Origin: an uncultured Acidobacteriota bacterium
GTDB lineage: Bacteria; Acidobacteriota; Thermoanaerobaculia; Multivoradales; UBA5704
Direction of reading: 5' to 3'
DNA length: 64,000 nt
Assembly (NCBI GenBank): GCA_963700145.1
Contig: OY969474.1
Coordinates: 3,712,001 to 3,776,000, forward strand
In this document: piece by piece, positions 42,039 through 51,376 of the stretch
How the letters are laid out: every line of letters starts with the position of its first letter
How positions within the stretch are numbered: position 1 is the stretch's first letter
Made by a program: the position numbers and the translations under genes
The notes under the pieces: model-generated
Seen by the model: only the letters and a program-made list of their open reading frames with translations
The model's database searches: none
Told to the model about the DNA's origin: nothing

Positions 42039-42640
42039 CTAGACCAGGATTGCGTCCAGGACGAGTATCACCAACGTCACGACCAAGCAAACAACACCAT
42101 TCCGGATGCATCGGTAGCACCGCCTAGAGTATGTTGCGAACACCAAATTGTACGCTTGGTTGAGTTGAATGGCGTTTAGTATGACGTCCTTCAAAGAGTC
42201 GTTCACCATCACTGCATCACATGGCATTCTCGGCTGGAGGTACAAATCGTACAGCTCCTCCGGCTTGACTATTCGCAGAGCGAACCAAACGGCGCCGAGT
42301 AGATATGGCAAAGGCGCTAGGATTGCCACCCCAAGTATCCACACGGGGATCACGTGGGCGCCGCGACCGAAGAGGCCCGTTGCACCAAGTGTGAACGCAC
42401 TCATAACCGCTACCGAACCAAGAAAGGCTTGGCCTCGCCGATGCATTAGCTCCCTACGATACAGCTCCGACCGTAGCGTTCCTTTAAAGCGTCCTCCGTT
42501 AGTTGGCGGTATTTGGTCCATGAGCTGTCGAGGGGGTCTCCTTGCTCCCACTTTCTCTGTTGCGCGCTGATGCGCGCGCGGACCTGCCGGACAATAGACC
42601 GGTCGACGAAAAAGGGAAGCAACTCGTCAGCGAGCTTCAG
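42039..42640 (-). pseudogene. Frameshifted 3-TM membrane protein of the ATP-grasp islet
   Basis: A frame from CTG 42640 reads LKLADELLPFFVDRSIV...LTEDALKERY and continues as RSELYRRELMHRRGQAFLG in another frame if one base is restored near 42473. Confidence 0.6.
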
Positions 42641-43562
42641 ACGGTTCTCCCAGAAGCTCGTCTACTATGGCTTCGGAAATGCGCCCCTCGAAAACTACGT
42701 CAAGCCAACCCCATTCTCCGGTAGGATTTACCTCAAGGAACAGGTAGTCATTCCGTACGCGCGCCAAATCAATCGCACCATAGCGAAGGCCTAGGCGCCG
42801 CAACAGCGCTAAGCAGCTAGCTTTCAACGCCGGGGTGCCGTTGAACGGACGGAATGCAACCTGTTCCTTTCGTAGTCTCCAATCGCCAATGACCGGCTCA
42901 GCAGTCTCAGCAAAGAAGCACCGCTCTCCGACGACGGTGACTCGAATGTCTGTCTTGGGTTCGACGTTCTGCTGCAGAATGAGCGGCATTTCTCGACAGA
43001 AGGCTTCTGTCAACTGATCTGGTGGAAGTGCCGTGGTGTAGAAGAAGAGATCCTCTCCACCGAGGCGCAGCAAGAATGAGTCCAATGCCTTAACCGCGAT
43101 TCGCTCCGCATTCGCAAGAGAGGTAGGCAGATAGTTCGCGACAGCGGTACGTGGAACCTGGAATCCGAGAGAGTTTGCGACTGCCAGCTGGAAAGGCTTG
43201 CTCTCCGCGGCATAGGTGCTCGTAGGGTGGTTCACCCATCGCGCACGCCGAAAGACAATAAGCGACCGCGCAAAGGCGGCCCATTGGTGCCTACTGAGTA
43301 GCTCCTCTGGAGAGTATCGATGGCCGCTGCTCTCTCTTAGATGGGTTGGAGCGCGGTAGAGAATAGCTCGCGGATCGCGAACTTCGCGCGGCTCCCCGTT
43401 TGCAATTACATGCCTGAGCAGTGGCTGAAGCGGGTCAAGGAGGATTTGGTCTAATGCAAGGAGATCGAGGTCAAGGCGCCAATAAGCAACGTTACGGGAC
43501 CTGAGAACTTCGACCACCGAATCGGTGGCCAAGTCGCGCGAGTTCGTGACCAGTAAGATCAA
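42627..43562 (-). CDS. RimK/MvdC-like ATP-grasp ligase (graspetide synthetase candidate)
   Basis: ILLVTN..D...D, WVNHP....AESKPFQL, VPRT, LQQNV.PK.DIRVTVVG, DWR, YGAIDL, FLEVNPTGEWGW. Confidence 0.92.
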   Translation of the reverse strand: MILLVTNSRDLATDSVVEVLRSRNVAYWRLDLDLLALDQILLDPLQPLLRHVIANGEPREVRDPRAILYRAPTHLRESSGHRYSPEELLSRHQWAAFARSLIVFRRARWVNHPTSTYAAESKPFQLAVANSLGFQVPRTAVANYLPTSLANAERIAVKALDSFLLRLGGEDLFFYTTALPPDQLTEAFCREMPLILQQNVEPKTDIRVTVVGERCFFAETAEPVIGDWRLRKEQVAFRPFNGTPALKASCLALLRRLGLRYGAIDLARVRNDYLFLEVNPTGEWGWLDVVFEGRISEAIVDELLGEPSEAR

Positions 43563-43571
43563 TGGAGTGAA

Positions 43572-43772
43572 TCACGGCCCTTTCATGTCTTCTCCTGTCT
43601 CGTGATCGCACTTCTTGGACGCGGGCGGCCGTCGTAGCAGGCCTTGCCCTTCTGCCATAGTGCCAGGCTCCGGCTGCCAAGCACCGATACGCCTGCAATA
43701 GCGCCAGCCTTCCGGCTCAGGATCAGTAGCGTTAGGAAATCTGGCGCTCAGTTCGATTAACAAGTGGCTCAT
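43572..43772 (-). CDS. Putative graspetide precursor peptide
   Basis: 66 aa, 9 nt upstream of the ATP-grasp gene, GGAG RBS. C-terminal core SKKCDHETGEDMKGP is rich in Ser/Thr/Lys donors and Asp/Glu acceptors. Confidence 0.75.
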   Translation of the reverse strand: MSHLLIELSARFPNATDPEPEGWRYCRRIGAWQPEPGTMAEGQGLLRRPPASKKCDHETGEDMKGP

Positions 43773-43784
43773 GGCTGACCGCTC

Positions 43785-43901
43785 CTATTTCCCGAGACTT
43801 CGGTACAGGATCTTAGGACGGGCAAGCATTGTGACGATGCACTCAACTCCGCGCGAGCTCAGTAACTCGATGAACTCTCTCAAGTCTTTCTGCAGACTCA
43901 C
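43785..43901 (-). pseudogene. Truncated nucleotidyltransferase N-terminus
   Basis: GTG 43901 gives MSLQKDLREFIELLSSRGVECIV and then unrelated sequence, just before the expected VGG.AV motif. Confidence 0.6.
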
Positions 43902-44037
43902 CGAGCGACTCCCGGTACCTGGCGATCAGCTCCAGCAGAAGATCGAGGCGCTGCTGGGGCGTGAGGCTCGCGTAGTACTCCGCGTCGGCGCGGTCGGCCT
44001 CGTCGAAGCCGCGGAAGACCTGTAGAGCTCGCTCCAT
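43843..44037 (-). CDS. Small protein typically paired with a nucleotidyltransferase (TA-like)
   Basis: F..FDEADRADAEYYASLTPQQRL pattern; overlaps the truncated partner. Confidence 0.7.
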   Translation of the reverse strand: MERALQVFRGFDEADRADAEYYASLTPQQRLDLLLELIARYRESLGESAERLERVHRVTELARS

Positions 44038-44055
44038 CGACTGAACTATACGCCG

Positions 44056-45447
44056 TCACTCCCCCTCCGCCCGGATCGGGAACAGCTCCGCCTGCCGCTG
44101 GTCTTGGGGGGAGATGGGGACGCGGTAGTCGCCGGTCCAGCAGGCGGTGCAGTAGCTGTCCTTGGGGCCGGAGACGGCAGCGAGCATGCCGTCGAGCGAC
44201 AAATACCCCAGGCTGTCGGCCTCGATGAACTCGCGGATCCCTTCGACGTCGTGGCTGGCGGCGATCAGCTCGGCGCGGGTGGGGGTGTCGATGCCGTAGC
44301 GGCAGGGCCACTGCGTCGGCGGCGCCGAGATCCGGACGTGCACCTCGGCGGCGCCGGCCTCGCGCACCATGTGCACGATCTTTTTGGACGTCGTGCCGCG
44401 CACGATCGAGTCGTCCACCAGCACCACGCGTTTGCCTGCGATCAGCTCGCGCACCGGGTTGAGCTTGATCTTCACCCCGAAGTTCCGGATCGACTGCTTG
44501 GGCTCGATGAACGTCCGCCCGACGTAGTGGTTGCGGATCAGCCCGAACTCCAGCGGCAGCCCCGACTCGCGGCTGTAGCCGAGGGCGGCGAAGAGGCCGC
44601 TGTCCGGCACCGGCACGACGACGTCCGCCGCCGCCGGTGCCTCGCGCGCCAGCTGCGCCCCCATCTTGAGGCGCGCCTGCGACACCGAGTCGCCGAAGAC
44701 CGTGCTGTCCGGGCGCGCGAAGTAGACGTGCTCGAATATGCAGCGGCTCGCCTCGACCGCCTGGGGCAGGCGGAAGCTCGCCGTCTCCGCGCCGCGCGCC
44801 ACCACCACTTCCCCCGGTTCCAGCTCGCGCACCGGCCGTGCTTCCAGCAGATCGAAGGCGCAGCTCTCCGAGGCGAAGCAGGGCGCGCCGCCGAGGTCGC
44901 CCAGGACCAGCGGCCGGAAGCCGTGCGGGTCGCGCGCCGCGATCAGCCCCTCCTGGGTCGCCAGGAGCAGCGAGTAGGCACCCTGCACCTCGGAGAGCGC
45001 GGTCATGAACGACTCCACGATCTCGAGCCGCGGGCTGCGCGCCATCAGGTGGAGGATCACCTCGGTGTCGCTCGTCGTCTGGAAGATCGAGCCCTCGCGC
45101 TCCAGCCGCCGGCGGATCTCGACCGCGTTCGTCAGGTTGCCGTTGTGGACGATGCCGATCGGCCCCATCGAGGTCTTGACCACGATCGGCTGCGCGTTGG
45201 CGAGGACGCTGGTGCCGGCGGTGGAGTAGCGGGTGTGGCCGATCGCCCGCCGCCCGGGGAGGCGCGCGATGACCTTCTCGCGGAAGATGTCGGCGACGTG
45301 CCCCATGCCGCGCTCGACGTGGAGCTGCGCGCCGTCCCAGGAGACGATGCCCGCGCTCTCCTGGCCGCGGTGCTGGAGCGCGTAGAGGCCCAGGTAGGCG
45401 AGGTTCGCCGCGTCGTCGCTGCCTTCGATGCCGAAGATGCCGCACAT
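44056..45447 (-). CDS. purF: Amidophosphoribosyltransferase
   Basis: MCGIFG, LQHRGQESAG, GHTRYST, HNGNL, VDDSIVRGTT. Confidence 0.98.
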   Translation of the reverse strand: MCGIFGIEGSDDAANLAYLGLYALQHRGQESAGIVSWDGAQLHVERGMGHVADIFREKVIARLPGRRAIGHTRYSTAGTSVLANAQPIVVKTSMGPIGIVHNGNLTNAVEIRRRLEREGSIFQTTSDTEVILHLMARSPRLEIVESFMTALSEVQGAYSLLLATQEGLIAARDPHGFRPLVLGDLGGAPCFASESCAFDLLEARPVRELEPGEVVVARGAETASFRLPQAVEASRCIFEHVYFARPDSTVFGDSVSQARLKMGAQLAREAPAAADVVVPVPDSGLFAALGYSRESGLPLEFGLIRNHYVGRTFIEPKQSIRNFGVKIKLNPVRELIAGKRVVLVDDSIVRGTTSKKIVHMVREAGAAEVHVRISAPPTQWPCRYGIDTPTRAELIAASHDVEGIREFIEADSLGYLSLDGMLAAVSGPKDSYCTACWTGDYRVPISPQDQRQAELFPIRAEGE

Positions 45448-45544
45448 GGCGAGCTCACCAACCCTTCGAAACGGATGATACCCTTCGCGTCATCCCGGCT
45501 CGGCCGTTTGTCGTGTCCAACTCGCGCTCCGAAGGAGGTACCCG

Positions 45545-46183
45545 ATGACTGTCGCTCGCCCCGGCCTCTGGCGTCCGTGCTTCCTGCTCGCCGGTGTCTT
45601 CATCCTGATCGGCGGGCCGCTGCATCCCGGCGGCAGCATGGAGCAGATGATCGGCCACCCCAACTGGGTTCCCTCGCACCTCCTCCAGCTCGCCGGCTTC
45701 CTGGCGCTCGGCGCTGGGCTCGTCCTCCATCGCCGCGCCGTTCCCCTGTCCGAGCGGTCAACCCGCTGGTCGCGCTGGGCCCTGTACGGCACCGCCCTCC
45801 AGGCGTTCGAGATGGTCCTCCACACCGCCTCCTCGGTGGACCACGGCAGGCTGATGGCCGGAGAGGCCACGCCGGTGCTCAGCGCGCACTTGGCGCTCGC
45901 GGTCGTCGCGTACCCGCTCTTCGCGGCGTCGATCGTGGGGTGGATCCTGGCGACCGCCCGCGACCGCGCCTTGGCCTCCCCCTGGGTGGCCTGGCTCGGC
46001 ATCATCGGGGCGGTGGCGCACGGCTTGGCGGCGCCGCTCGTGGTGGCCTTCGGCCTGATGCAGTTCCGCATCCTCTTCCCGATGGTGATGCTGCTGGCGC
46101 TCTGGCTCGTCCTCGCGGCGCTCTGGCCGCGGCGCGCCGTGGCCGGCGCCGGGATCGCGGCGGCGGCGATCGCCGGCACCTAG
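45545..46183 (+). CDS. Hypothetical membrane protein (about 5-6 TM)
   Basis: GAAGGAGG RBS, hydrophobic helices with His residues; opposite strand, between purL and purF. Confidence 0.75.
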   Translation: MTVARPGLWRPCFLLAGVFILIGGPLHPGGSMEQMIGHPNWVPSHLLQLAGFLALGAGLVLHRRAVPLSERSTRWSRWALYGTALQAFEMVLHTASSVDHGRLMAGEATPVLSAHLALAVVAYPLFAASIVGWILATARDRALASPWVAWLGIIGAVAHGLAAPLVVAFGLMQFRILFPMVMLLALWLVLAALWPRRAVAGAGIAAAAIAGT

Positions 46184-48390
46184 AGCCCGAGCGCCAGCGG
46201 CAGCGCCGTCGTCCAGATCCGGTGGAGGTCGGCGACCGGGGCCGCAAGCCGGTCGCCGCCGGTCTGGAGGTCGAGCGTCTCGCCGCCGACCTCGCCGATC
46301 TCCTCGGCGGGGACGCCGCCCTCCTCGGCCGCCCGCAGCACGCGCTCGAGCGACGCCGGCTTGCAGGCCACGATCGCCCGCGCCTGGGTCTCGGAGAAGA
46401 GGTCCGCGCCTTCTAGCCCCACCCGCAGGACGGCCCCGAAGCCGCCGCCCATCACCGCCTCGGCGAGCGCCACGGCGAGGCCGCCTTCCGACAGGTCGTG
46501 CGCGGTGGTGAGGCAGCCGTCGGCGATGAGCTTGCGTAGCAGCCTCGCCAGCCGCGCCTCGGCGTCGAGGTCCACCTCCGGCGACCGCCCCTGCTCGATG
46601 CCGTAGAGGAGGCGCAGGTAGGCCGAGCCGCCGTGCTCGCTGCGGTCGCGCCCCAGGAGCACCACCCGGTCGCCGGGGCGCCGGAACCAGGACGCCGGGA
46701 CGTTGCCGAGCTTCTCGATCGTCCCCACCGCCGCGACCGTCGGCGTCGGGTGGATCGAGCGCCCCTCGGTCTCGTTGTAGAGCGAGACGTTGCCCGAGAC
46801 GACCGGCACGCCGAGCGCGCGGCAGGCCTCGGCCATGCCGCGCACCGCCTCGCGGAGCTGCCAGGAGACCTCGGGGTTCTCGGGGTTGCCGAAGTTGAGG
46901 CAGTCGGTGAGCCCCACGGGCTCGGCGCCGGCGCAGGCCAGGTTGCGCACCGCCTCGGCCACCGCCTGGGCGCCGCCGCGGCGCGGGTCGAGGGCGCAGT
47001 AGACCGGGTTGACGTCGGAGGTGAGCGCGAGGCCCGCCGGCGTGCCCTTGAGCAGCAGGACCGCCGCGTCGCCGCCCGGGCCGGCGACGGTGTTGGTGCG
47101 CACCGAGGTGTCGTACTGCCGCCAGATCCACTCCTTGCTCGCCAGCTCGGGGGTCGCGAGGAGGCGCTCCAGCGCCGCGCGCGGGTCGCCCGGCGGCGGC
47201 ACCTCGGGCGGGCGCTGGCGGGCGGCGAGAGCGGCCGGCTCGGCGGCCGGGCGGCGGTAGACCGGCGCCTCCTCGGTCAGCGGCCCGACCGGCATGTCGG
47301 CCACCGTCTCGCCGCGCCAGGTGAGGACGGCGCGGCCGTCGCCGGTGACCTCGCCGATCTTCGCCACCTCGAGGCCCCAGCGCTCGAAGATGCGCACCAG
47401 CGCCTCCTCGCGCCCGCGCTGCGCCACGACGACCATCCGCTCCTGCGACTCCGAGAGCATCATCTCGTAGGGGGTCAGCCCCGGCTCGCGCAGCGGCACG
47501 CGGTCGAGGTCGAGGCGGATGCCGGTGCCGCCGCGGCCGGCCATCTCGAAGGCCGAGCTGGTGAGCCCCGCCGCCCCCATGTCCTGGATCGCCACGATGG
47601 CGCCGGTGCGCATCGCTTCGAGACAGGCTTCGAGGAGGACCTTCTCGGTGAACGGGTCGCCGACCTGCACCGTCGGCCGCTTCTGCTCGCTCTCGGCGTC
47701 GAAGGCCTCGGAGGCCATCGTCGCGCCGTGGATGCCGTCGCGGCCGGTGCGGCTGCCGGTGTAGAGGATCGGGTTGCCGGGGCCGGTGGCGCGGGCGCGG
47801 AAGACGCGGTCGCGCCGCGCCACGCCGAGGGCGAAGGCGTTGACCAGGATGTTGCCGTTGTAGGAGCGGTGGAAGCCGGTCTCGCCGCCCACGGTCGGCA
47901 CGCCGAAGCAGTTGCCGTAGTCGCCGATGCCGCGCACCACGCCATCGACGAGCGAGCGCATGCGCGGCGCGTCGAGCTCGCCGAAGCGGAGCGAGTCGAG
48001 GCAGGCGATCGGCCGCGCGCCCATGGTGAAGACGTCGCGCAGGATGCCGCCGACGCCGGTCGCCGCCCCCTGGTAGGGCTCGATGTAGCTCGGGTGGTTG
48101 TGCGATTCCATCTTGAAGACCGCCACCCAGCCGTGGCCGATGTCGACGACGCCGGCGTTCTCCCCCGGCCCCTGGAGGACGCGCGGGCCCTGCGTCGGGA
48201 GCTCCTTGAGATAGACCTTCGACGACTTGTATGAGCAGTGCTCCGACCAGAGGGCGGCGGCGATCCCCAGTTCGGTGTAGTTGGGGTCGCGCCCGAGGAG
48301 GCCGCGCAGGCGGTCGTACTCCTCGTCGGAGAGGCCGTGGGAGCGCGCCAGCTCCGGCGTCACCTCCGGCTCGGCGAGAGTGATGGGCAT
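46180..48390 (-). CDS. purL: FGAM synthase subunit PurL
   Basis: [54 protein letters not shown]. Confidence 0.97.
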   Translation of the reverse strand: MPITLAEPEVTPELARSHGLSDEEYDRLRGLLGRDPNYTELGIAAALWSEHCSYKSSKVYLKELPTQGPRVLQGPGENAGVVDIGHGWVAVFKMESHNHPSYIEPYQGAATGVGGILRDVFTMGARPIACLDSLRFGELDAPRMRSLVDGVVRGIGDYGNCFGVPTVGGETGFHRSYNGNILVNAFALGVARRDRVFRARATGPGNPILYTGSRTGRDGIHGATMASEAFDAESEQKRPTVQVGDPFTEKVLLEACLEAMRTGAIVAIQDMGAAGLTSSAFEMAGRGGTGIRLDLDRVPLREPGLTPYEMMLSESQERMVVVAQRGREEALVRIFERWGLEVAKIGEVTGDGRAVLTWRGETVADMPVGPLTEEAPVYRRPAAEPAALAARQRPPEVPPPGDPRAALERLLATPELASKEWIWRQYDTSVRTNTVAGPGGDAAVLLLKGTPAGLALTSDVNPVYCALDPRRGGAQAVAEAVRNLACAGAEPVGLTDCLNFGNPENPEVSWQLREAVRGMAEACRALGVPVVSGNVSLYNETEGRSIHPTPTVAAVGTIEKLGNVPASWFRRPGDRVVLLGRDRSEHGGSAYLRLLYGIEQGRSPEVDLDAEARLARLLRKLIADGCLTTAHDLSEGGLAVALAEAVMGGGFGAVLRVGLEGADLFSETQARAIVACKPASLERVLRAAEEGGVPAEEIGEVGGETLDLQTGGDRLAAPVADLHRIWTTALPLALGL

Positions 48391-49097
48391 CAGCGCGAAG
48401 CTCCGACGGCCACCGCGCTCTCGACGACGCCGGCCAGGAGCTCCAGCCCGTCGGCGTTGCCGAGCACCATCTCGGCGCAGCGCTCGGGGTGGGGCATCAT
48501 GCCGAGGACGTTGCCGCGCGCGTTGACGATGCCGGCGATCGCCCGCGCCGAGCCGTTCGGGTTCCACTCCTCGCTGCGCGTGCCGTCCGGCGCCACGTAG
48601 CGGAAGACCACCTGCCCGGCCGCCTCGAGCTGGTCGAGCGCCGCCGGGCCGTCCTCGTAGTTGCCTTCGCCGTGCGCGATCGGCATGCGCAAGACCTGGC
48701 CCTTCTTGAGCCGGCGGGTGAAGGGGAGGTCGTCGCGCTCGACCTTCAAGTAGACGTCGCGGCAGAGGAAGCGGAGGTCCTTGTTGCGGCGCATGGCGCC
48801 GGGGAGGAGGCCGGCTTCGAGGAGCACCTGGAAGCCGTTGCAGATCCCGAGCACCAGCCCGCCCGCCTCGGCGTGCTTCTTGACCGCGGCCATGACCGGC
48901 GAGAGCGCGGCGAGCGCCCCGGCGCGCAGGTAGTCGCCGTAGGCGAAGCCGCCGGGCAGGACCACCAGCTCGCACCCCTTGACCGTCTCCTCCTGGTGCC
49001 AGAGGAAGACCGCCTCCTGCCCGAGCACGTGCTTGAGCACGTGGTAGACGTCGTGGTCGCAGTTGCTGCCGGGGAAGACGACGACGCCGGTCTTCAT
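48390..49097 (-). CDS. purQ: FGAM synthase glutaminase subunit PurQ
   Basis: [32 protein letters not shown]. Confidence 0.97.
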   Translation of the reverse strand: MKTGVVVFPGSNCDHDVYHVLKHVLGQEAVFLWHQEETVKGCELVVLPGGFAYGDYLRAGALAALSPVMAAVKKHAEAGGLVLGICNGFQVLLEAGLLPGAMRRNKDLRFLCRDVYLKVERDDLPFTRRLKKGQVLRMPIAHGEGNYEDGPAALDQLEAAGQVVFRYVAPDGTRSEEWNPNGSARAIAGIVNARGNVLGMMPHPERCAEMVLGNADGLELLAGVVESAVAVGASR

Positions 49098-49375
49098 GGG
49101 AACGGGTCTCCGACCGCCGCGGACGCGGGGGCGGCGGGCGTCAGCTCGACCGCGTACTCCTCGACGACGGTGTTGGCGAGGAGCTTCTCGCACATGGCGC
49201 GCAGCAGGCGCTCGGCCTCGGCCGGGTCGTCGGTCGCCAGGCGGATGTCGAAGGACTTGCCGGCGCGCACGTCCTCGACGCCGTCAATCCCAATACGGGA
49301 GAGAGCGCTGCAGATCGCCTTGCCTTGCGGGTCCAGGATCTCGCGGCGCGGGTAGACCGTGACTCGTGCCTTCAA
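49094..49375 (-). CDS. purS: FGAM synthase subunit PurS
   Basis: [19 protein letters not shown]; GGAGGT RBS before TTG. Confidence 0.95.
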   Translation of the reverse strand: MKARVTVYPRREILDPQGKAICSALSRIGIDGVEDVRAGKSFDIRLATDDPAEAERLLRAMCEKLLANTVVEEYAVELTPAAPASAAVGDPFP

Positions 49376-50156
49376 AGCTCACCTCCATCCAGGGGGTGGG
49401 ACGGGCCTGACAGGTGATCTCCACCCGGGCGCGGGAGCCGGCGCGCGCCAGCGCCTCCGAGACCACCGCCGCCGCCAGCGCCGGCAGGTTGTTGGTGCGC
49501 GACAGGTGGTAGGGCGCGACCCAGCGCAGGCGGTCGCAGAGCAGCTCCGGCAGGCCGTCCGCGGCGTCGCCGTTCGACAGGTGCCCGTGGCGGCCGGCGA
49601 CGCGCTGCTTGAGCGGCCAGGGGTAGGGGCCGTTGCGCAGCATGTCGAGGTCGTGGTTGGTCTCGAGGAGCAGGACGTCGAGGTCGCGCAGCCTCCCCCA
49701 GGCGAGCTGGCTGCGGGTGCCGAGGTCGGCGACCAGGCCGACGCGGCAGCCGTCGCCGTCCTCGACGACGATGCCGATCGGCTCGCGCGCGTCGTGCGGC
49801 ACGGCGAAGGCCTCCAGCCGGAAGCCGGCGGCCTCGCACGGCTCGCCGGAGCGGATGACGACGACCGGCAGCTCCGGGTCGTCGTCGGGGAGCGGGGCGC
49901 CCTGGAGAGTGCCGGCGGTGGCGTAGACCGGCAGGCCGTGGCGCGCCGCGAAGCGCTCGGCGCCGCGGGCGTGATCGACGTGCTCGTGGGTCAAGACCAG
50001 GGCGTGGAGGTCGGAGCCGGCGAGGCCGACCAGCTCGAGCCGCCGCTCCAGCTCGCGGCAGGAGAAGCCGGCGTCGATCAGGATGCGCCGCCCGCCGCTC
50101 CCTTCGACCACCACGGCGTTGCCGCCGCTCCCCGACCCGAGCACCGCTACACGCAT
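49284..50156 (-). CDS. MBL-fold metallo-hydrolase (YycJ/WalJ-like)
   Basis: LGSGSGGN, IDAG, THEHVDH, VPHDA, ETNHD..ML..GPYP, GHLSN, HLSRTNN. Confidence 0.92.
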   Translation of the reverse strand: MRVAVLGSGSGGNAVVVEGSGGRRILIDAGFSCRELERRLELVGLAGSDLHALVLTHEHVDHARGAERFAARHGLPVYATAGTLQGAPLPDDDPELPVVVIRSGEPCEAAGFRLEAFAVPHDAREPIGIVVEDGDGCRVGLVADLGTRSQLAWGRLRDLDVLLLETNHDLDMLRNGPYPWPLKQRVAGRHGHLSNGDAADGLPELLCDRLRWVAPYHLSRTNNLPALAAAVVSEALARAGSRARVEITCQARPTPWMEVSFEGTSHGLPAPRDPGPARQGDLQRSLPYWD

Positions 50157-50262
50157 GGCGGGGACGGCAGGTGCCTGGGACGGTGGCGCGTCATGAGAGG
50201 TGGCGCGGGGGGCCTCGCTTCGGAGACGCCAAGGGTAGCACCGGCGGGGCGGGATGTCACTG

Positions 50263-50309
50263 CACCCCTTGTGGGCGGGGCGGGGCCTGGCCACAAGGGG
50301 TGGTAGACT
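50263..50309 (+). promoter_or_regulatory. 12-bp inverted repeat abutting a -10 element upstream of the HTH gene
   Basis: CACCCCTTGTGG (50263-50274), 16 nt, CCACAAGGGGTG (50291-50302), then TG-G-TAGACT. Confidence 0.65.
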
Positions 50310-50320
50310 TCGGTCCGATC

Positions 50321-50740
50321 ATGAGCGCCAAGGACCTCCAGAACTTCCGCTACCTGCTGGGGCAGATCGTCCGCGCCGAGCGCTGGCCGCGGCGGCAGCT
50401 CGAGCGCCGCCTCGGCCTCGGCCACAAGAACCTCGAGAAGCTCCTCGACGGCACGATGGAGACGCGCCTGCGCCACATCCTGGCGGTCGCCGAGTGGCTC
50501 GGCGTCCGCCCGGGCGAGCTCGTCGACCTCGGCTGCCCCGAGACCGCCGCGGCGGCCCGCCGTTCGGTCGCCGACGTGCTGGCGCCGAGCCGCGAGGCCG
50601 TCGAGGCCGGTGTCGCCAAGAAGGGGGCGGCGGCAGCGGGCGGCGACCTGGAGGCGATGATCGCGAAGATCGTGCGCCAGGTCATCGAGCAGCAGGGCCC
50701 GGGGCGAGGCGAGGAACCCCCGGGCGGCGAGCCCGAGTAA
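50321..50740 (+). CDS. XRE-like helix-turn-helix protein
   Basis: RRQLERRLGLGHKNLEKLLDGTMETRLRHILAVAEWLGVRPGEL. Confidence 0.8.
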   Translation: MSAKDLQNFRYLLGQIVRAERWPRRQLERRLGLGHKNLEKLLDGTMETRLRHILAVAEWLGVRPGELVDLGCPETAAAARRSVADVLAPSREAVEAGVAKKGAAAAGGDLEAMIAKIVRQVIEQQGPGRGEEPPGGEPE

Positions 50741-50762
50741 CCTCCCCGCGTCCGCGGGAGAG

Positions 50763-51325
50763 CGGTCCGGTCCGAAAATACTCTGCCCCGGTCCGAAGGG
50801 AACACACCCCGCAGGCTTCCCCAAGGGGGACGGTCCGAAGTTGTGCCGGGGAAGCGGCCGGGGCGGTGGTTTCGGTCCGAAAATCTTCCGATTTGGTCCG
50901 ATTTTGTGCCGCCCACGGCCCACGGGCGGCTTCTCTCGCGTCCGAAACCCTTGCCCCGGCGCCAAGATCGCTGTCGGCGGTCCTGAGTTGGGACGGCACA
51001 GTCCGATTCCCTGAAGATTCGGTCCGAAGATAGGACATTTTGGTCCAATTCTCTATCGCTTAGGGTACTCGGACTCCCTCGGCTGTCTCGTTTTGGTGCT
51101 TTCTGGTCCGAAGTTGTTCCCAGCGAGGACCAGGGGTGCCTTAGACGCCGCCACGAGCGAGTGGCGTGGTCCGAAAGTGGGCCTACTCTGTCCGAAGACA
51201 GGGCAAAGCGGTCCGAAGATCGGGCAGTCAACCGTCGGGGATCTGAAATTCGGTCCGAAAACTCTCCACCCTACCGCTCGGCGAGCTTCAACCGGTCCTA
51301 AGTGAGTCCTATCCGGTCTCGTGAG
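50763..51325 (+). repeat. Array of (C/T)GGTCCGAA motifs on a 21-bp lattice with non-repeating spacers
   Basis: GTCCGA at 50770, 50791, 50833, 50875, 50896, 51001, 51022, 51106, 51169, 51190, 51211, 51253 (all 50770+21n). In-phase variants at 50980, 51043, 51085, 51295, 51316. Confidence 0.9.
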
Positions 51326-51376
51326 AAACCGCACAGCCGGTCCGTCTATGCTTGAGAAAGACACTAGGGAGACACC

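Noticed and set aside
50157-50262. Purine or ZTP riboswitch upstream of the MBL-purSQL operon
   Set aside because: No recognisable aptamer consensus; a covariance-model search (Infernal/Rfam) would be needed.
50350-51231. Minus-strand 293-aa ORF with SDR repeats (and the FGP/GPK frames)
   Set aside because: It is antisense to the HTH gene, lacks host codon bias, and the repeats are explained by the DNA motif. Kept only as an alternative hypothesis.
50763-51325. CRISPR array interpretation of the phased repeats
   Set aside because: The conserved core is only about 8-11 nt and the unit 21 nt, far below CRISPR repeat and spacer sizes. Many slots are degenerate and there are no cas genes in the window.
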